DNA of 63,928 bases, filler included, from Acidimicrobiia bacterium (GTDB lineage: Bacteria > Actinomycetota > Acidimicrobiia > Spongiisociales > JAENVV01): assembly GCA_041577335.1 (NCBI GenBank). It is 3 parts of 3 records of this genome, joined end to end, with 100 filler letters (N's around TTAATTAATTAA, not from the genome) between each part and the next. Parts side by side here need not be neighbours in the genome. Positions count along the whole stretch, not along the records: positions 25,790 to 51,124 come from JBFGJH010000048.1; 2 more parts are not named here. One strand, written 5' to 3'. Under the pieces are notes generated by a model, which did no database searches, was not told the origin of the DNA, and saw only the letters and a list, made by a program, of their open reading frames with translations. The translations under genes were made by a program, and so were the position numbers. Numbering within the stretch: the first letter of the stretch is position 1; each line of letters starts with the position of its first letter. This document shows, piece by piece, positions 29,295 through 38,442 of this stretch.

Positions 29295-31724
29295 ATGGTC
29301 GAGGTCGCACGAGGCGAGTGGTTCTTGGGGGGAGAGGTCGACAGCGCTGGTGAGCGCATCGCCGAATCTCCCATCGTCTACGAGTCACATCATCTCACCA
29401 CCCACGGCGTCATCGTGGGTATGACCGGATCGGGAAAGACCGGCCTCGGAGTGATCGCACTCGAAGAGGCCCTGCTCAATGGGGTGCCGGCGATCATCAT
29501 CGACCCCAAAGGGGACATGGGCAACCTGCTCCTCAACTTCCCGGCGTTCGAGCCGTCCGACTTCCGGCCGTGGATCGATGAGGGTGAAGCTCAGCGCAAC
29601 GAGAAGACGCCGGACGAGATGGCCGCCGACACGGCCGAGCTCTGGAAGAACGGGCTGGCCGGGTGGGAGATCGGCTCGGATCGGATGCGCCGGCTCGGCA
29701 TGGGAGCCGGTTTTTCGATCTACACGCCAGGCTCGGCTGCCGGCATCCCGGTCAACATCGTCGGCTCGCTCGCCGCTCCCAAACTGGACTGGGCGACCGA
29801 GGCCGAGACCATCCGCGCCGAGATCGAAGGATTCGTGTCCTCCCTCTTGGTTCTGGCGGGAATCACCGCTGACCCTATCTCCTCGCCTGAGCACATCCTG
29901 CTCGCGACCATCATCGAAAAGGCGTGGTCGGAGGGCCACGATCTCGATTTGGCGTCGCTCATCTCTCAGGTGCAGACACCACCCATCCGCAAGCTCGGCG
30001 TCTTCGAGCTCGACACGTTCTTCCCGCCCAAAGACCGCACCAAGCTGGCGATGAAACTCAACGGTCTGGTGGCCTCCCCAACGTTCGCCAGCTGGATGGA
30101 AGGATCGCCGCTCGACGTACAGAAGCTCCTGTATACCGATGACGGCAAACCCAAGGCGTCGGTCATGTATTTGTCGCACCTGTCTGATACCGAACGCCAG
30201 TTCATCGTCACGCTTCTCATGTCGAAAGTTGTGACCTGGATGCGAACCCAGCAGGGCACGTCGGATCTTCGCGCGGTGATCTACATGGACGAGGTGTTTG
30301 GCTTTGCCCCGCCTACGGCGAATCCGCCGTCGAAGAAGCCGATCTTGACGCTTCTCAAGCAGGCCCGCGCCTTCGGTGTCGGCTTGTTGCTCTCGACCCA
30401 AAACCCCGTGGATCTCGACTACAAGGCAATGTCGAACGCAGGGACCTGGATGATCGGTCGCCTGCAGACGGAAAGGGACAAGGCCCGTATTCTGGAGGGC
30501 CTGAAGTCGGCCTCGGGCGACGTGGATGTGAGCGCGTTCGATCAGCTGATCTCGGACCTCGGGAAACGCCAGTTCGTGTTGCACTCAACGCGGGAGAAGC
30601 AGCCGAAGGTATTCACCACACGCTGGGCGATGTCATATCTAGCCGGACCGTTGAGTCGCGAGCAGGTGACGACCCTCATGGAGGAGACTCCCGAGAGAGC
30701 TGCAGCAGCCGCCGCGCCACCGTCTGTCCCCGGTCCGGCCGATGCGCCTTCAGCTACCGCGGCGGCGACGGTCGGATCCCCTTCCCCGACAGGCCTGGCA
30801 GACAACGAGAGTCCCGTGGCGCCAGTGATACCCGACACCGTTCGGGTCTACTACCTGGACCCGGCGGCACCGTGGGCCGGCGAGATCGGAGCCAACCCGA
30901 CCTCGACTCGCCATCAAGCAGGACTGGTGGCGCGCGTAGACCTGGTGTTCGACGATCAATATGCCGACGTCGATCATGACGAGGAATGGGAGGCGGTCTT
31001 CTTCCCGATCGGGGATCGCTTCGACCCCGAAACCGCCACCACTGTCGACTACGACGAGCGGGACTTGAAGACAGCCGTCCCCGACGGCGCGACGTACGTG
31101 CTTCCTGAGGCCAAGGTCGACACGAAATCCTTCTACACGTCTGCGACCACTGATTTGAAGAACTGGCTGTATCAACACCGGTCCGTGGAAGTGTTGAAGA
31201 ACCCCGCATTGAAACTGTATTCGCGAGTCGGAGAGGGCGAAGAGGAGTTCAGGGCGCGGTGCGCAGAGGCTGCCGAAGATGCCGCCGACGCCGAGGTGGC
31301 CAAGCTCAAGGACAAGTACGCCAAGCGGATCGACACTGTTCGGGATCAGCTGGCCAGCGCCGAGCGGAGGGTTCGGGAGCTCGAAACCGACGTGGCAAGT
31401 CGCCGCCAGAGCGAGATCGTGTCAGGAGCAGGGGACCTGCTGTCGGTCTTCGTCGGTGGTCGTCGCCGATCGCGGGGGTTGTCGTCGGCCGCCAACCGGC
31501 GCTCGCAGACACGCCGAACTCAGGAGCGCCTTGCCAGTGCCCACGAGAAGATGACCGACAAGGAGATTGCACTCGATGAGCTCGAAGACGACCTCGCCGA
31601 TGACCTTCAGGAGATCGTCTCCCGGTGGAATGAGGCTGCCGCCGAAATCGAGACCGTCGAAATCGGGCTCGAGAAGACCGATATTCGAGTGGAGGAGATC
31701 GCCCTCGTCTGGGTGCCGGTGTAA
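29295..31724 (+). CDS. HerA/FtsK-like (DUF87/DUF853) ATPase with C-terminal coiled coil
   Basis: Walker A GMTGSGKT, IIDPKGD, Walker B YMDEVFG, KQARAFGVG, STQNP; RBS AAGGAG before ATG 29295. Confidence 0.85.
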   Translation: MVEVARGEWFLGGEVDSAGERIAESPIVYESHHLTTHGVIVGMTGSGKTGLGVIALEEALLNGVPAIIIDPKGDMGNLLLNFPAFEPSDFRPWIDEGEAQRNEKTPDEMAADTAELWKNGLAGWEIGSDRMRRLGMGAGFSIYTPGSAAGIPVNIVGSLAAPKLDWATEAETIRAEIEGFVSSLLVLAGITADPISSPEHILLATIIEKAWSEGHDLDLASLISQVQTPPIRKLGVFELDTFFPPKDRTKLAMKLNGLVASPTFASWMEGSPLDVQKLLYTDDGKPKASVMYLSHLSDTERQFIVTLLMSKVVTWMRTQQGTSDLRAVIYMDEVFGFAPPTANPPSKKPILTLLKQARAFGVGLLLSTQNPVDLDYKAMSNAGTWMIGRLQTERDKARILEGLKSASGDVDVSAFDQLISDLGKRQFVLHSTREKQPKVFTTRWAMSYLAGPLSREQVTTLMEETPERAAAAAAPPSVPGPADAPSATAAATVGSPSPTGLADNESPVAPVIPDTVRVYYLDPAAPWAGEIGANPTSTRHQAGLVARVDLVFDDQYADVDHDEEWEAVFFPIGDRFDPETATTVDYDERDLKTAVPDGATYVLPEAKVDTKSFYTSATTDLKNWLYQHRSVEVLKNPALKLYSRVGEGEEEFRARCAEAAEDAADAEVAKLKDKYAKRIDTVRDQLASAERRVRELETDVASRRQSEIVSGAGDLLSVFVGGRRRSRGLSSAANRRSQTRRTQERLASAHEKMTDKEIALDELEDDLADDLQEIVSRWNEAAAEIETVEIGLEKTDIRVEEIALVWVPV

Positions 31725-31752
31725 TCGGGCCGCATGAGAGACGACCCAACCA

Positions 31753-31780
31753 GAACACCCGCCACGAAGGGCGGGTGTTC
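31753..31780. terminator. Hairpin between convergent genes
   Basis: gaacacccgcc-acgaag-ggcgggtgttc. Confidence 0.65.
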
Positions 31781-31804
31781 GGTCGTATCGTGGGAACGAG
31801 TGGA

Positions 31805-32575
31805 TCAAGGGACAGTGATATTCACCGTTCCGGCCAGCGTCTCGAGACCCTGACCCGCGTCGTACGTGACCTGAATGCCAACCGGGTACACGCCCGGGTC
31901 CGCCGAGGAGGCGTCGACGTAGAAGTCCGCCGAGTCGCTCTCACCGGCCGACAACGTTGCGTCGTTGTAGAGGCTGGTCGAAGAGTCATACCTCGGGTAG
32001 ATGATCGTCAACCCGGCAGGGTCGGTCACGGTGAGGTCGAATCCGTTGGAGGACGGAGCGAGACCCGCATAGGAGACTGACACCCAATCGGCACCGGCGA
32101 CCGTTGCCGAGTCGGAGGTCTGACTCACGGCCACGCCGCCCTCGAACTGAACGACGGGGACCTTGAACTTGAAAGTCCCGGACTGGGTCTTCCCTTCGAA
32201 CTGGTAACTCACCTCGACCTTGATCGAGGCGTCCTTATTGGTGTAGTCAGCCGGCACCGAGACCTTCAGCGCCGAGAAGTCCACTTCATCGGTATCGAGG
32301 AAGTGACCACCGGCGAGTCCGGTCCACGTACCGAGGTTCGTGGGGTAGGAAACCGTCACATCGCCGGGATCGTCGACAACGACTCGGAAATCGGAAATGT
32401 CTTCGTCGGAAGTCCAGTTGAGGACCACCCACGAATCGGAGCCTGCCATCACGGCAGCGGTTTTGCCGGTCAGCAGGTCCACTTCTTTGGCCTTGGCGGA
32501 TGCTGCCGGCGAGAGAGTTGCGGTGACTACTGCCAGCAATGAAGTAACAATGAGAATTCTGGCTGTACGTTTCAT
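31805..32575 (-). CDS. Secreted hypothetical protein, two related beta-rich domains
   Basis: Signal peptide ending ASA; repeated WV.....DP..T..YP.....L.....D...F pattern. Confidence 0.7.
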   Translation of the reverse strand: MKRTARILIVTSLLAVVTATLSPAASAKAKEVDLLTGKTAAVMAGSDSWVVLNWTSDEDISDFRVVVDDPGDVTVSYPTNLGTWTGLAGGHFLDTDEVDFSALKVSVPADYTNKDASIKVEVSYQFEGKTQSGTFKFKVPVVQFEGGVAVSQTSDSATVAGADWVSVSYAGLAPSSNGFDLTVTDPAGLTIIYPRYDSSTSLYNDATLSAGESDSADFYVDASSADPGVYPVGIQVTYDAGQGLETLAGTVNITVP

Positions 32576-32616
32576 TGACTAGTTATCGACCCATGTGGTT
32601 GAAATCTTGAACCCGC

Positions 32617-32970
32617 TCAGGAGGCGGGGTCTTCGCCGGTGACCTCGACGGCCGCACATCCTGTGACAAAGCGGTCCTTGACCTCGGCTCGCAAATCAGC
32701 GTCCTCCTCGAGCCGGACCTCAAAATCGGCGTAGTCCGCGCTGCTGAATCCGGCACCCTCGAGAGCCCGGCGCTGCTGCGTCTCGATCTCGGAGATGTCT
32801 GTATAGGCAAACCGTTGCACCTGGCACAGCCACGAGGCCTCGAAGGCGACGAGTGGCTCGCTGGCCGGCGGCAGCGTGGTCGACGGTGGCAGCTCGCCTT
32901 CGGCCAAAGTCGATCCACACGCCCCGAGTACGAGGGCAGCGACAACGAGCACCAGGGTGAATTTGGGCAT
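32617..32970 (-). CDS. Hypothetical lipoprotein
   Basis: MPKFTLVLVVAALVLGAC lipobox. Confidence 0.65.
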   Translation of the reverse strand: MPKFTLVLVVAALVLGACGSTLAEGELPPSTTLPPASEPLVAFEASWLCQVQRFAYTDISEIETQQRRALEGAGFSSADYADFEVRLEEDADLRAEVKDRFVTGCAAVEVTGEDPAS

Positions 32971-33037
32971 GACCGAGATATCGGCATGCCCAACAGCCGC
33001 CTTGAGATGCTCTTGGGAACTCACCTAGGCTGCGCGC

Positions 33038-34024
33038 ATGAAGACGCGCAGGTTTGCAGGGACCGGATGGGACGTGATGCCGATCGGATTCGGCGCATGG
33101 GCGATCGGAGCAGACTGGGGTGAGGTGACCGAGACGGACGCAATGGCCACACTCCATGCGGCAGTCGACTCCGGGGTCAACCTCTTCGACACCGCCGACG
33201 TGTATGGCGATGGCAGGAGCGAGAAACTGCTGGCGCGGCTGCGAAAAGAGCGACCGGGGGCCGAATTCCACATCATCACCAAGGCAGGGCGACGGCTCGA
33301 TCCCCACGTTGCCGAAGGCTATGACGAAGCCAATTTGCGGGGATTCGTCGAGCGCAGTCGCGAGTACCTGGAAACTGAGCGTCTGGACCTGGTTCAGCTT
33401 CACTGCCCACCGACGGCGGTGTACGAACAGAGCTCCACATATGAGGCGATGGACCAGATGGTTGCCGACGGCCTCGTCGGAAGCTGGGGCGTTTCGGTCG
33501 AGAAGATCGAAGAAGCCGAGCAGGCCATTCAATGGCCGACGTTGGCCAGTGTGCAGATCATCTTCAACATGCTCCGCCAGCGTCCGGCCGAGTCGTTCTT
33601 CGCTCGGGCCGTCCAACAGGACGTCGCCGTCATCGTTCGGGTACCGCTCGCATCGGGTCTGCTGACGGGAAAAATGAAAGCTGACACGGCATTCGCCGCC
33701 AACGATCACCGCAGCTACAACCGGCACGGGGAAGCATTTGATGTCGGCGAGACCTTCGCAGGCGTGCCGTACGACGTGGGGCTCGCGGCAGTCGAGGAAC
33801 TACGGTCTCTCGTTCCCGAGCAGGCAACGATGGCTCAGTTCGCGTTGCGGTGGATCCTCATGCATCCCGAGGTGACCGTGGTCATACCAGGAGCCAAGAA
33901 CGTTGATCAGGTCCGTGCAAATGTCGCTGCGACTGCCGTGCCCGAACTCGATTCTGCGACCATGGCAGCCGTCCGTGACGTGTACGACCGGCTGATCCGA
34001 CCCGAGGTCCATCACCGCTGGTGA
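33038..34024 (+). CDS. Aldo/keto reductase
   Basis: GFGAWAIG, FDTADVYGDGRSE, LDLVQLH, RVPLASGLL, IPGAK. Confidence 0.93.
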   Translation: MKTRRFAGTGWDVMPIGFGAWAIGADWGEVTETDAMATLHAAVDSGVNLFDTADVYGDGRSEKLLARLRKERPGAEFHIITKAGRRLDPHVAEGYDEANLRGFVERSREYLETERLDLVQLHCPPTAVYEQSSTYEAMDQMVADGLVGSWGVSVEKIEEAEQAIQWPTLASVQIIFNMLRQRPAESFFARAVQQDVAVIVRVPLASGLLTGKMKADTAFAANDHRSYNRHGEAFDVGETFAGVPYDVGLAAVEELRSLVPEQATMAQFALRWILMHPEVTVVIPGAKNVDQVRANVAATAVPELDSATMAAVRDVYDRLIRPEVHHRW

Positions 34025-34917
34025 CCGATGAATGCGGCGGTCATGAGATCGAGATGCCCGCCGCCTCCATTCTTGAACACGGTGATGGCCCCCGATGAAG
34101 TGCGGCCGGGATGGGCGCCACTGCACAGGTCGAAGAGATCGGCTGCGATGCCGTCGATAACGCCATCCGCAACGGCCTGCTCGATATCGCCGGTATCGGC
34201 CGTATTCCAGCGGGTGTCACCGAACACCAGCGCTTTCGCCATGAGCTCCGAGTCCGACTCGCGCATGTCGGGTGTGAACGACCCGACCAGATCGACGTGG
34301 GTACCCGCCGCCACCATGGCTCCCCTTACGAGTGGGCTCGACGAAGCGGTGGCGCAACTGATGACGTCCGCAGACGCCACGGCTGCGTCGAGGTCGGAAA
34401 CCGCTTCGCCACCCAACCGTTCGGCAAGCTCGGCCGCCCGACTGGCTGTACGGTTCCAAACAAGCACTCGCTCGATCGAGGGTCGCACGGCTCGATGCGC
34501 TTCTGCCAGGTACGCAGCCATGGCTCCCGCGCCGACGATGAGCAGCGTGTGAGCGTCCTCACGAGCGAGAATGTCGGCACCCAACGCCGAATCGGACGCA
34601 GTCTTGCGATGGGTGAGGGCCGTGCCGTCCACTACTGCGACGGGCCGGCCGTCGATCCCATCAAAGAGCAGGTAGACGGCCTGGACCGAAGGTAGTTCTG
34701 ATCCGGCGCGGAGGTTGGCGGGCATCACCGTGCACACCTTGACTCCGAGCTGATCGCCCGGCTGCCAGGCCGGAAGGATCAGGAAACCGTCGTCAGCCAC
34801 GGTCATCAGTACCCGATCCACTTCAGCCGCCGGTTGTCGGTGGGACTCGCGAAGGTGCTCGATCAGCGGCAGCCATTCACAACGCCGATGTACCTCGCCG
34901 GCATCGATCCATTCCAT
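34012..34917 (-). CDS. Ornithine cyclodeaminase/mu-crystallin family protein
   Basis: LT..KTASDSAL, GAGAMA, WNRT, HVDLVGSFTPDMRE, FKNGGG. Confidence 0.9.
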   Translation of the reverse strand: MEWIDAGEVHRRCEWLPLIEHLRESHRQPAAEVDRVLMTVADDGFLILPAWQPGDQLGVKVCTVMPANLRAGSELPSVQAVYLLFDGIDGRPVAVVDGTALTHRKTASDSALGADILAREDAHTLLIVGAGAMAAYLAEAHRAVRPSIERVLVWNRTASRAAELAERLGGEAVSDLDAAVASADVISCATASSSPLVRGAMVAAGTHVDLVGSFTPDMRESDSELMAKALVFGDTRWNTADTGDIEQAVADGVIDGIAADLFDLCSGAHPGRTSSGAITVFKNGGGGHLDLMTAAFIGHQR

Positions 34918-35024
34918 CCCCCGAGCCTATCCGCCCAGAAGACCGCTCGACCAGAAAGAGGAGCCCCAAGCCTGCTTGGGACGGAACCAACCGAAGTTCG
35001 ACCCCATCCTGATTCGAGCGAAAC

Positions 35025-35732
35025 CTAATCGGGGCTTGTTGCGACCGGACCGTCCAGGAACGTGGTGTTCGGGATCTCGAAGATCGTGCCGTCTTCGCCA
35101 ACCACCCGGACCGAAGCAAGATGTATGGAGTCGATCCGTCCCTCGACGCCGCTGAGCTTCACCATCTGCCCCACCGTGAAACGGTCCTCGACATGTCGCC
35201 CCGCCGCGATCTCTTTGGCCAGCGGCTGCGAGCCCAAGCCGACTCCGAGGCCGCCGGCGAGGGCCGCGGTTATGACGATTCCGGCCAGCAAGAGGAGCAG
35301 CACGTCTGTCTCCATACCCATTTGCTTGAGGGCAAGGAGGAGCCCGATCACCAGGATCGCTCCGCTCACAACGCCCTTGGCTCGCGATGCCAGGAGGGCC
35401 GAGTGCTTCCTCATCGACTGTTCGACGAGAATTCCGGCGAGCCGGGAAAGCACGAAAGCGACGATGACGACGATCACGCCAACGATCAGGCGCGGTATGA
35501 ACGCGATCGTGCCTGTCACCAGACTCTCCTGCACTACCTCATTCCGTCCTGACATCACCAGAACTGCCGCGACGGTGAGCGCCAACACGAACATGGAGCG
35601 GGCAATGGTGGACCGCGAATGGTCGTCGAGCGTTGTGGCGAGGGATCCCCGCTTGAGCAAAGACTTGGTGACCCAGCCAACGATCAGTGCCCCGATGAGG
35701 CCGGCACCAATTTCAATACCTAAGCGAACCAT
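35025..35732 (-). CDS. MscS-family mechanosensitive channel
   Basis: TM helices, FIPRL, AAG..V...F.VGQ.V...EG.I, IPN. Confidence 0.8.
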   Translation of the reverse strand: MVRLGIEIGAGLIGALIVGWVTKSLLKRGSLATTLDDHSRSTIARSMFVLALTVAAVLVMSGRNEVVQESLVTGTIAFIPRLIVGVIVVIVAFVLSRLAGILVEQSMRKHSALLASRAKGVVSGAILVIGLLLALKQMGMETDVLLLLLAGIVITAALAGGLGVGLGSQPLAKEIAAGRHVEDRFTVGQMVKLSGVEGRIDSIHLASVRVVGEDGTIFEIPNTTFLDGPVATSPD

Positions 35733-35781
35733 CGGGCGAGTTTAGGCAATGGGAGCATCCGCCTGGGAGACAGCGGAGGTC

Positions 35782-36072
35782 TTACGTTTCCCCTGCGGTG
35801 TCGTCTTCTTCGAGACTGACCGTCATGTAGTGCGGCACGGCCGCACCAAACGACATGCCAAGGTCGAGAACCGCGCCCAGCGTCCGTGATGCCAGTTGTT
35901 CGAACTGGAGAGCACGCACCACGGTGGTGCGCAGGTCGTGGGGAAGCTCTGCGGCCCAGATCTCCTCGAGGGCGTCGAGGTACTCGGGGTCGCCGAGGAT
36001 GGCATCCTCGAGTTCATCGGCCTCGCCGTAGGCAAACCGCAGAAGATCGGATTGTGAAATCGTATCGCTCAC
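35782..36072 (-). CDS. Small acidic protein, candidate anti-sigma factor
   Basis: GTGA overlap with ECF stop; LLRFAYGE resembles the anti-sigma-domain LxxYxxGE helix. Confidence 0.55.
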   Translation of the reverse strand: MSDTISQSDLLRFAYGEADELEDAILGDPEYLDALEEIWAAELPHDLRTTVVRALQFEQLASRTLGAVLDLGMSFGAAVPHYMTVSLEEDDTAGET

Positions 36073-36623
36073 GATTGCTCCTGCAGATTCTCTTCCAGCG
36101 CCTTGCGGGCTCGAAAGATCCGAGTACGCACGGTGTTGATGGGTATTTCCATTTCTTGGGCGATATCTTCGTATGACTTGTCGTGATACTCGCGAAGCAC
36201 CAGCGGCGTCCGCAGGGGCACGGGCAGTTCTTCGATCGCTGCCCGCACCCGGCCTATCTCAGCCATGCGGAGCACCTCCCATTCGGGAGTGGCGTGCAGT
36301 GCCACAGCTTCGATCGTATCGCTCGGCAATTCGCGAGCTCGAGTCACTGCGTTGAGAGCGAGGTTCTGCGCGATGCGGTACAGCCATCCCCGCACCGGGC
36401 CCTCCCCGCGGTACGTGTCCGCAACTCGGAAGGCCTTCAAGAAGGCGTCCTGGGCAATGTCCTCAGCCAACGTTCGGTCCTTGGTAACTCGAAACGCAGC
36501 ACCAAATACGAACGCCTGGTGCCGGGAGACCAGCTCGCCAAAACAGCTCGGATCGTCGGAGGACATCCGAAGTAACTCGGAGTCCTCCATCGAGGCACGA
36601 TCTGTGATTGCTACTGGGCTCAT
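36069..36623 (-). CDS. ECF sigma-70 factor
   Basis: AEDIAQDAFLKA, WLYRIAQN, LVLREY..SYEDIA....INTVRTRIFRAR. Confidence 0.93.
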   Translation of the reverse strand: MSPVAITDRASMEDSELLRMSSDDPSCFGELVSRHQAFVFGAAFRVTKDRTLAEDIAQDAFLKAFRVADTYRGEGPVRGWLYRIAQNLALNAVTRARELPSDTIEAVALHATPEWEVLRMAEIGRVRAAIEELPVPLRTPLVLREYHDKSYEDIAQEMEIPINTVRTRIFRARKALEENLQEQS

Positions 36624-36647
36624 TCATACGACTCAATCGACTGCTGG

Positions 36648-36707
36648 TATGACCCCGCAAGGTGTGGCGAAGTTTCGCGGAACTTTTTCCGGGCGTCTCG
36701 TGTCCCG
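36648..36707. promoter_or_regulatory. Two back-to-back ECF-type promoters
   Basis: Minus: GAAACTT(36676-36670)-N16-GTCATA(36653-36648). Plus: GGAACTT(36679-36685)-N16-GTCCCG(36702-36707). Confidence 0.7.
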
Positions 36708-36711
36708 TAGG

Positions 36712-37063
36712 TGGACGCTATCCAGGAGAGACACCAGCGTGTTGCCATACGCTCTCGACGTTCGGTTCGCCGAACGGGTACCGATACAGCTCGGTACGCG
36801 GCTCTCCAGAGGTTTCCGGTCGTTGAATGTGCGCTCTGCCCCCTTGGGTTCGCGTTTGGCGACCGGATCATTCCGTGGCGGCGAACTCGTTCGCCGTCCG
36901 GCAACCGCAGAATCAGGGACCTGCGGAGGAGAGGGGGCTGCGCCTAGTAGACAGGGACGCTAGGCGCGCCCTTCTCCGAATCGGCTTTCGGGCCGGCGAG
37001 GGACGTCAGATAGCGGCCGGCGGCGGCTTTCCCCCCCTTTGCTGCTGCCGGCCGCTCTTGACG
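36712..37063 (+). ncRNA. Candidate ~350-nt structured ncRNA (no family recognised)
   Basis: Nine consecutive hairpins, two UUCG loops, many G-U pairs that form only on the + strand, upstream ECF promoter. Confidence 0.65.
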
Positions 37064-37065
37064 CC

Positions 37066-38364
37066 TCACTCCAACACCCTGCGTAATCCTGGATCGACTG
37101 GATGAAGGCCGGGTGCCCTGACGACGGCATCGGTATCGCCCATATGAGGCACGACTTCGGCCTCCCTGGTCCGGTCGAAGCGACGGGCCCGCCCCACGAA
37201 GAGCAGCGCCCCGAACGTCACGATGGCTCCAGCCGACATCATCGTTGTCTGGACCCCGAGGACACTCGCCAACCAGGGAGCCATGACGAGGGGAAGCAGC
37301 GTGGCCGATTGGCCGTGCATCTGTGTGGTTGCGGTGATTCGCCCGATCATGTCGTCTGGCGAGTTGAGGTGCACCAGCGTCCGAAAGATGGGAGCGAACC
37401 ATCCGATGACCAAGCCCCAGAAGAACCCACCGATGGTCACTGTGACCAGGTTGGCGAATCCTATGTAGAGGTTGGCACCGAGGCCGTTGAGCATGATCAG
37501 GATGAGTAACCCGGTAGCTCCCCGGATCGAGTGGGGCAGCCTTGTCGCAGTGGCCGTGCCGAGCACGAGGCCGATACCAAAGATGCTGTTGACCCAGCCG
37601 ATTGCCTCGACACCCGTGCCGAGCACATCCCGAAAGAACAACGGTTCGAGTGCGCCAAAGAGACCAAACAACAACCAGATGCTGGTACCGGCCAGTATGT
37701 AGAACCTCAAGCGGGCATTCCTGTAGCTATAGCGCAGGCCTTCGCGAAGCTCGGTCAACCCGCTCCGCCCCCGTGACGATTTCACCTCGCGGCGAAGGTT
37801 CGTCACGAGAACGAGTCCAACGGCCACTACCGAGGTGATCGCGTCGAAAACAAAGATGGCGTCTACGGAAACGAACCGGACCAGCAACGCTCCGATCGAG
37901 GTGCCCGAGATCAGTGCCGCCATGCCGGCGGTTTCCACGCCGGCGTTGATCCTGGCCAGGTGGTCGGGATCGTCGGTGAGGTAGGGCGGCATGGAGGCCA
38001 GCGCCGTGTAGATGGGCGATCCCACCAGGCCCAATAGGAAAGCCGCGACGATGATTTGGGGGATGGTGGTCACCAACAGGAACCCGAGCGCCACGGGGAC
38101 GAAGACCAGTTCGCCGGCGATCAGTACCTTGCGCGGGTCATATCGGTCGATGAGCACTCCGCCCAGCGGCGACCCGATGAGGCCTGAGATGCCCGTGGCC
38201 GCGATCAGCGCAGCGAGTTGGCCCGCAGTGGCGTCGAGCTCGAAGGCCGCCTTTCCCCAGATCCCGACAAAGAACGCGGCTTCGCCACCGGTTCTCGAAA
38301 TGAACCGGGCCAACACCACGTTGACAGCCGCACGGTCTTTCCACATGACCGTGGAGTCTCGCAT
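37066..38364 (-). CDS. MFS transporter
   Basis: About 12 TM helices; GVLIDRYDPRK motif A. Confidence 0.88.
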   Translation of the reverse strand: MRDSTVMWKDRAAVNVVLARFISRTGGEAAFFVGIWGKAAFELDATAGQLAALIAATGISGLIGSPLGGVLIDRYDPRKVLIAGELVFVPVALGFLLVTTIPQIIVAAFLLGLVGSPIYTALASMPPYLTDDPDHLARINAGVETAGMAALISGTSIGALLVRFVSVDAIFVFDAITSVVAVGLVLVTNLRREVKSSRGRSGLTELREGLRYSYRNARLRFYILAGTSIWLLFGLFGALEPLFFRDVLGTGVEAIGWVNSIFGIGLVLGTATATRLPHSIRGATGLLILIMLNGLGANLYIGFANLVTVTIGGFFWGLVIGWFAPIFRTLVHLNSPDDMIGRITATTQMHGQSATLLPLVMAPWLASVLGVQTTMMSAGAIVTFGALLFVGRARRFDRTREAEVVPHMGDTDAVVRAPGLHPVDPGLRRVLE

Positions 38365-38442
38365 CTCGAGCGGTGCCGAGCGCCCGCATTTTGAGTCAAC
38401 GGCGGGAGCCGAACACTCCTCTTCGGTTCGAACGCCCGATGG

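Noticed and set aside
36725..36807. Cloverleaf-like fold as tRNA, or GGAGAG...CTCTC as glycine riboswitch
   Set aside because: No TTC(G/A)A T-loop or D-loop GG; lacks the glycine aptamer CCGAAG and CTCAGG elements; no co-oriented downstream gene
36711..36947. 78-aa Arg-rich ORF in the candidate ncRNA
   Set aside because: Shadow-like composition, no RBS, and the GTG is only 3 nt after the -10 hexamer, probably upstream of the TSS; not formally excluded
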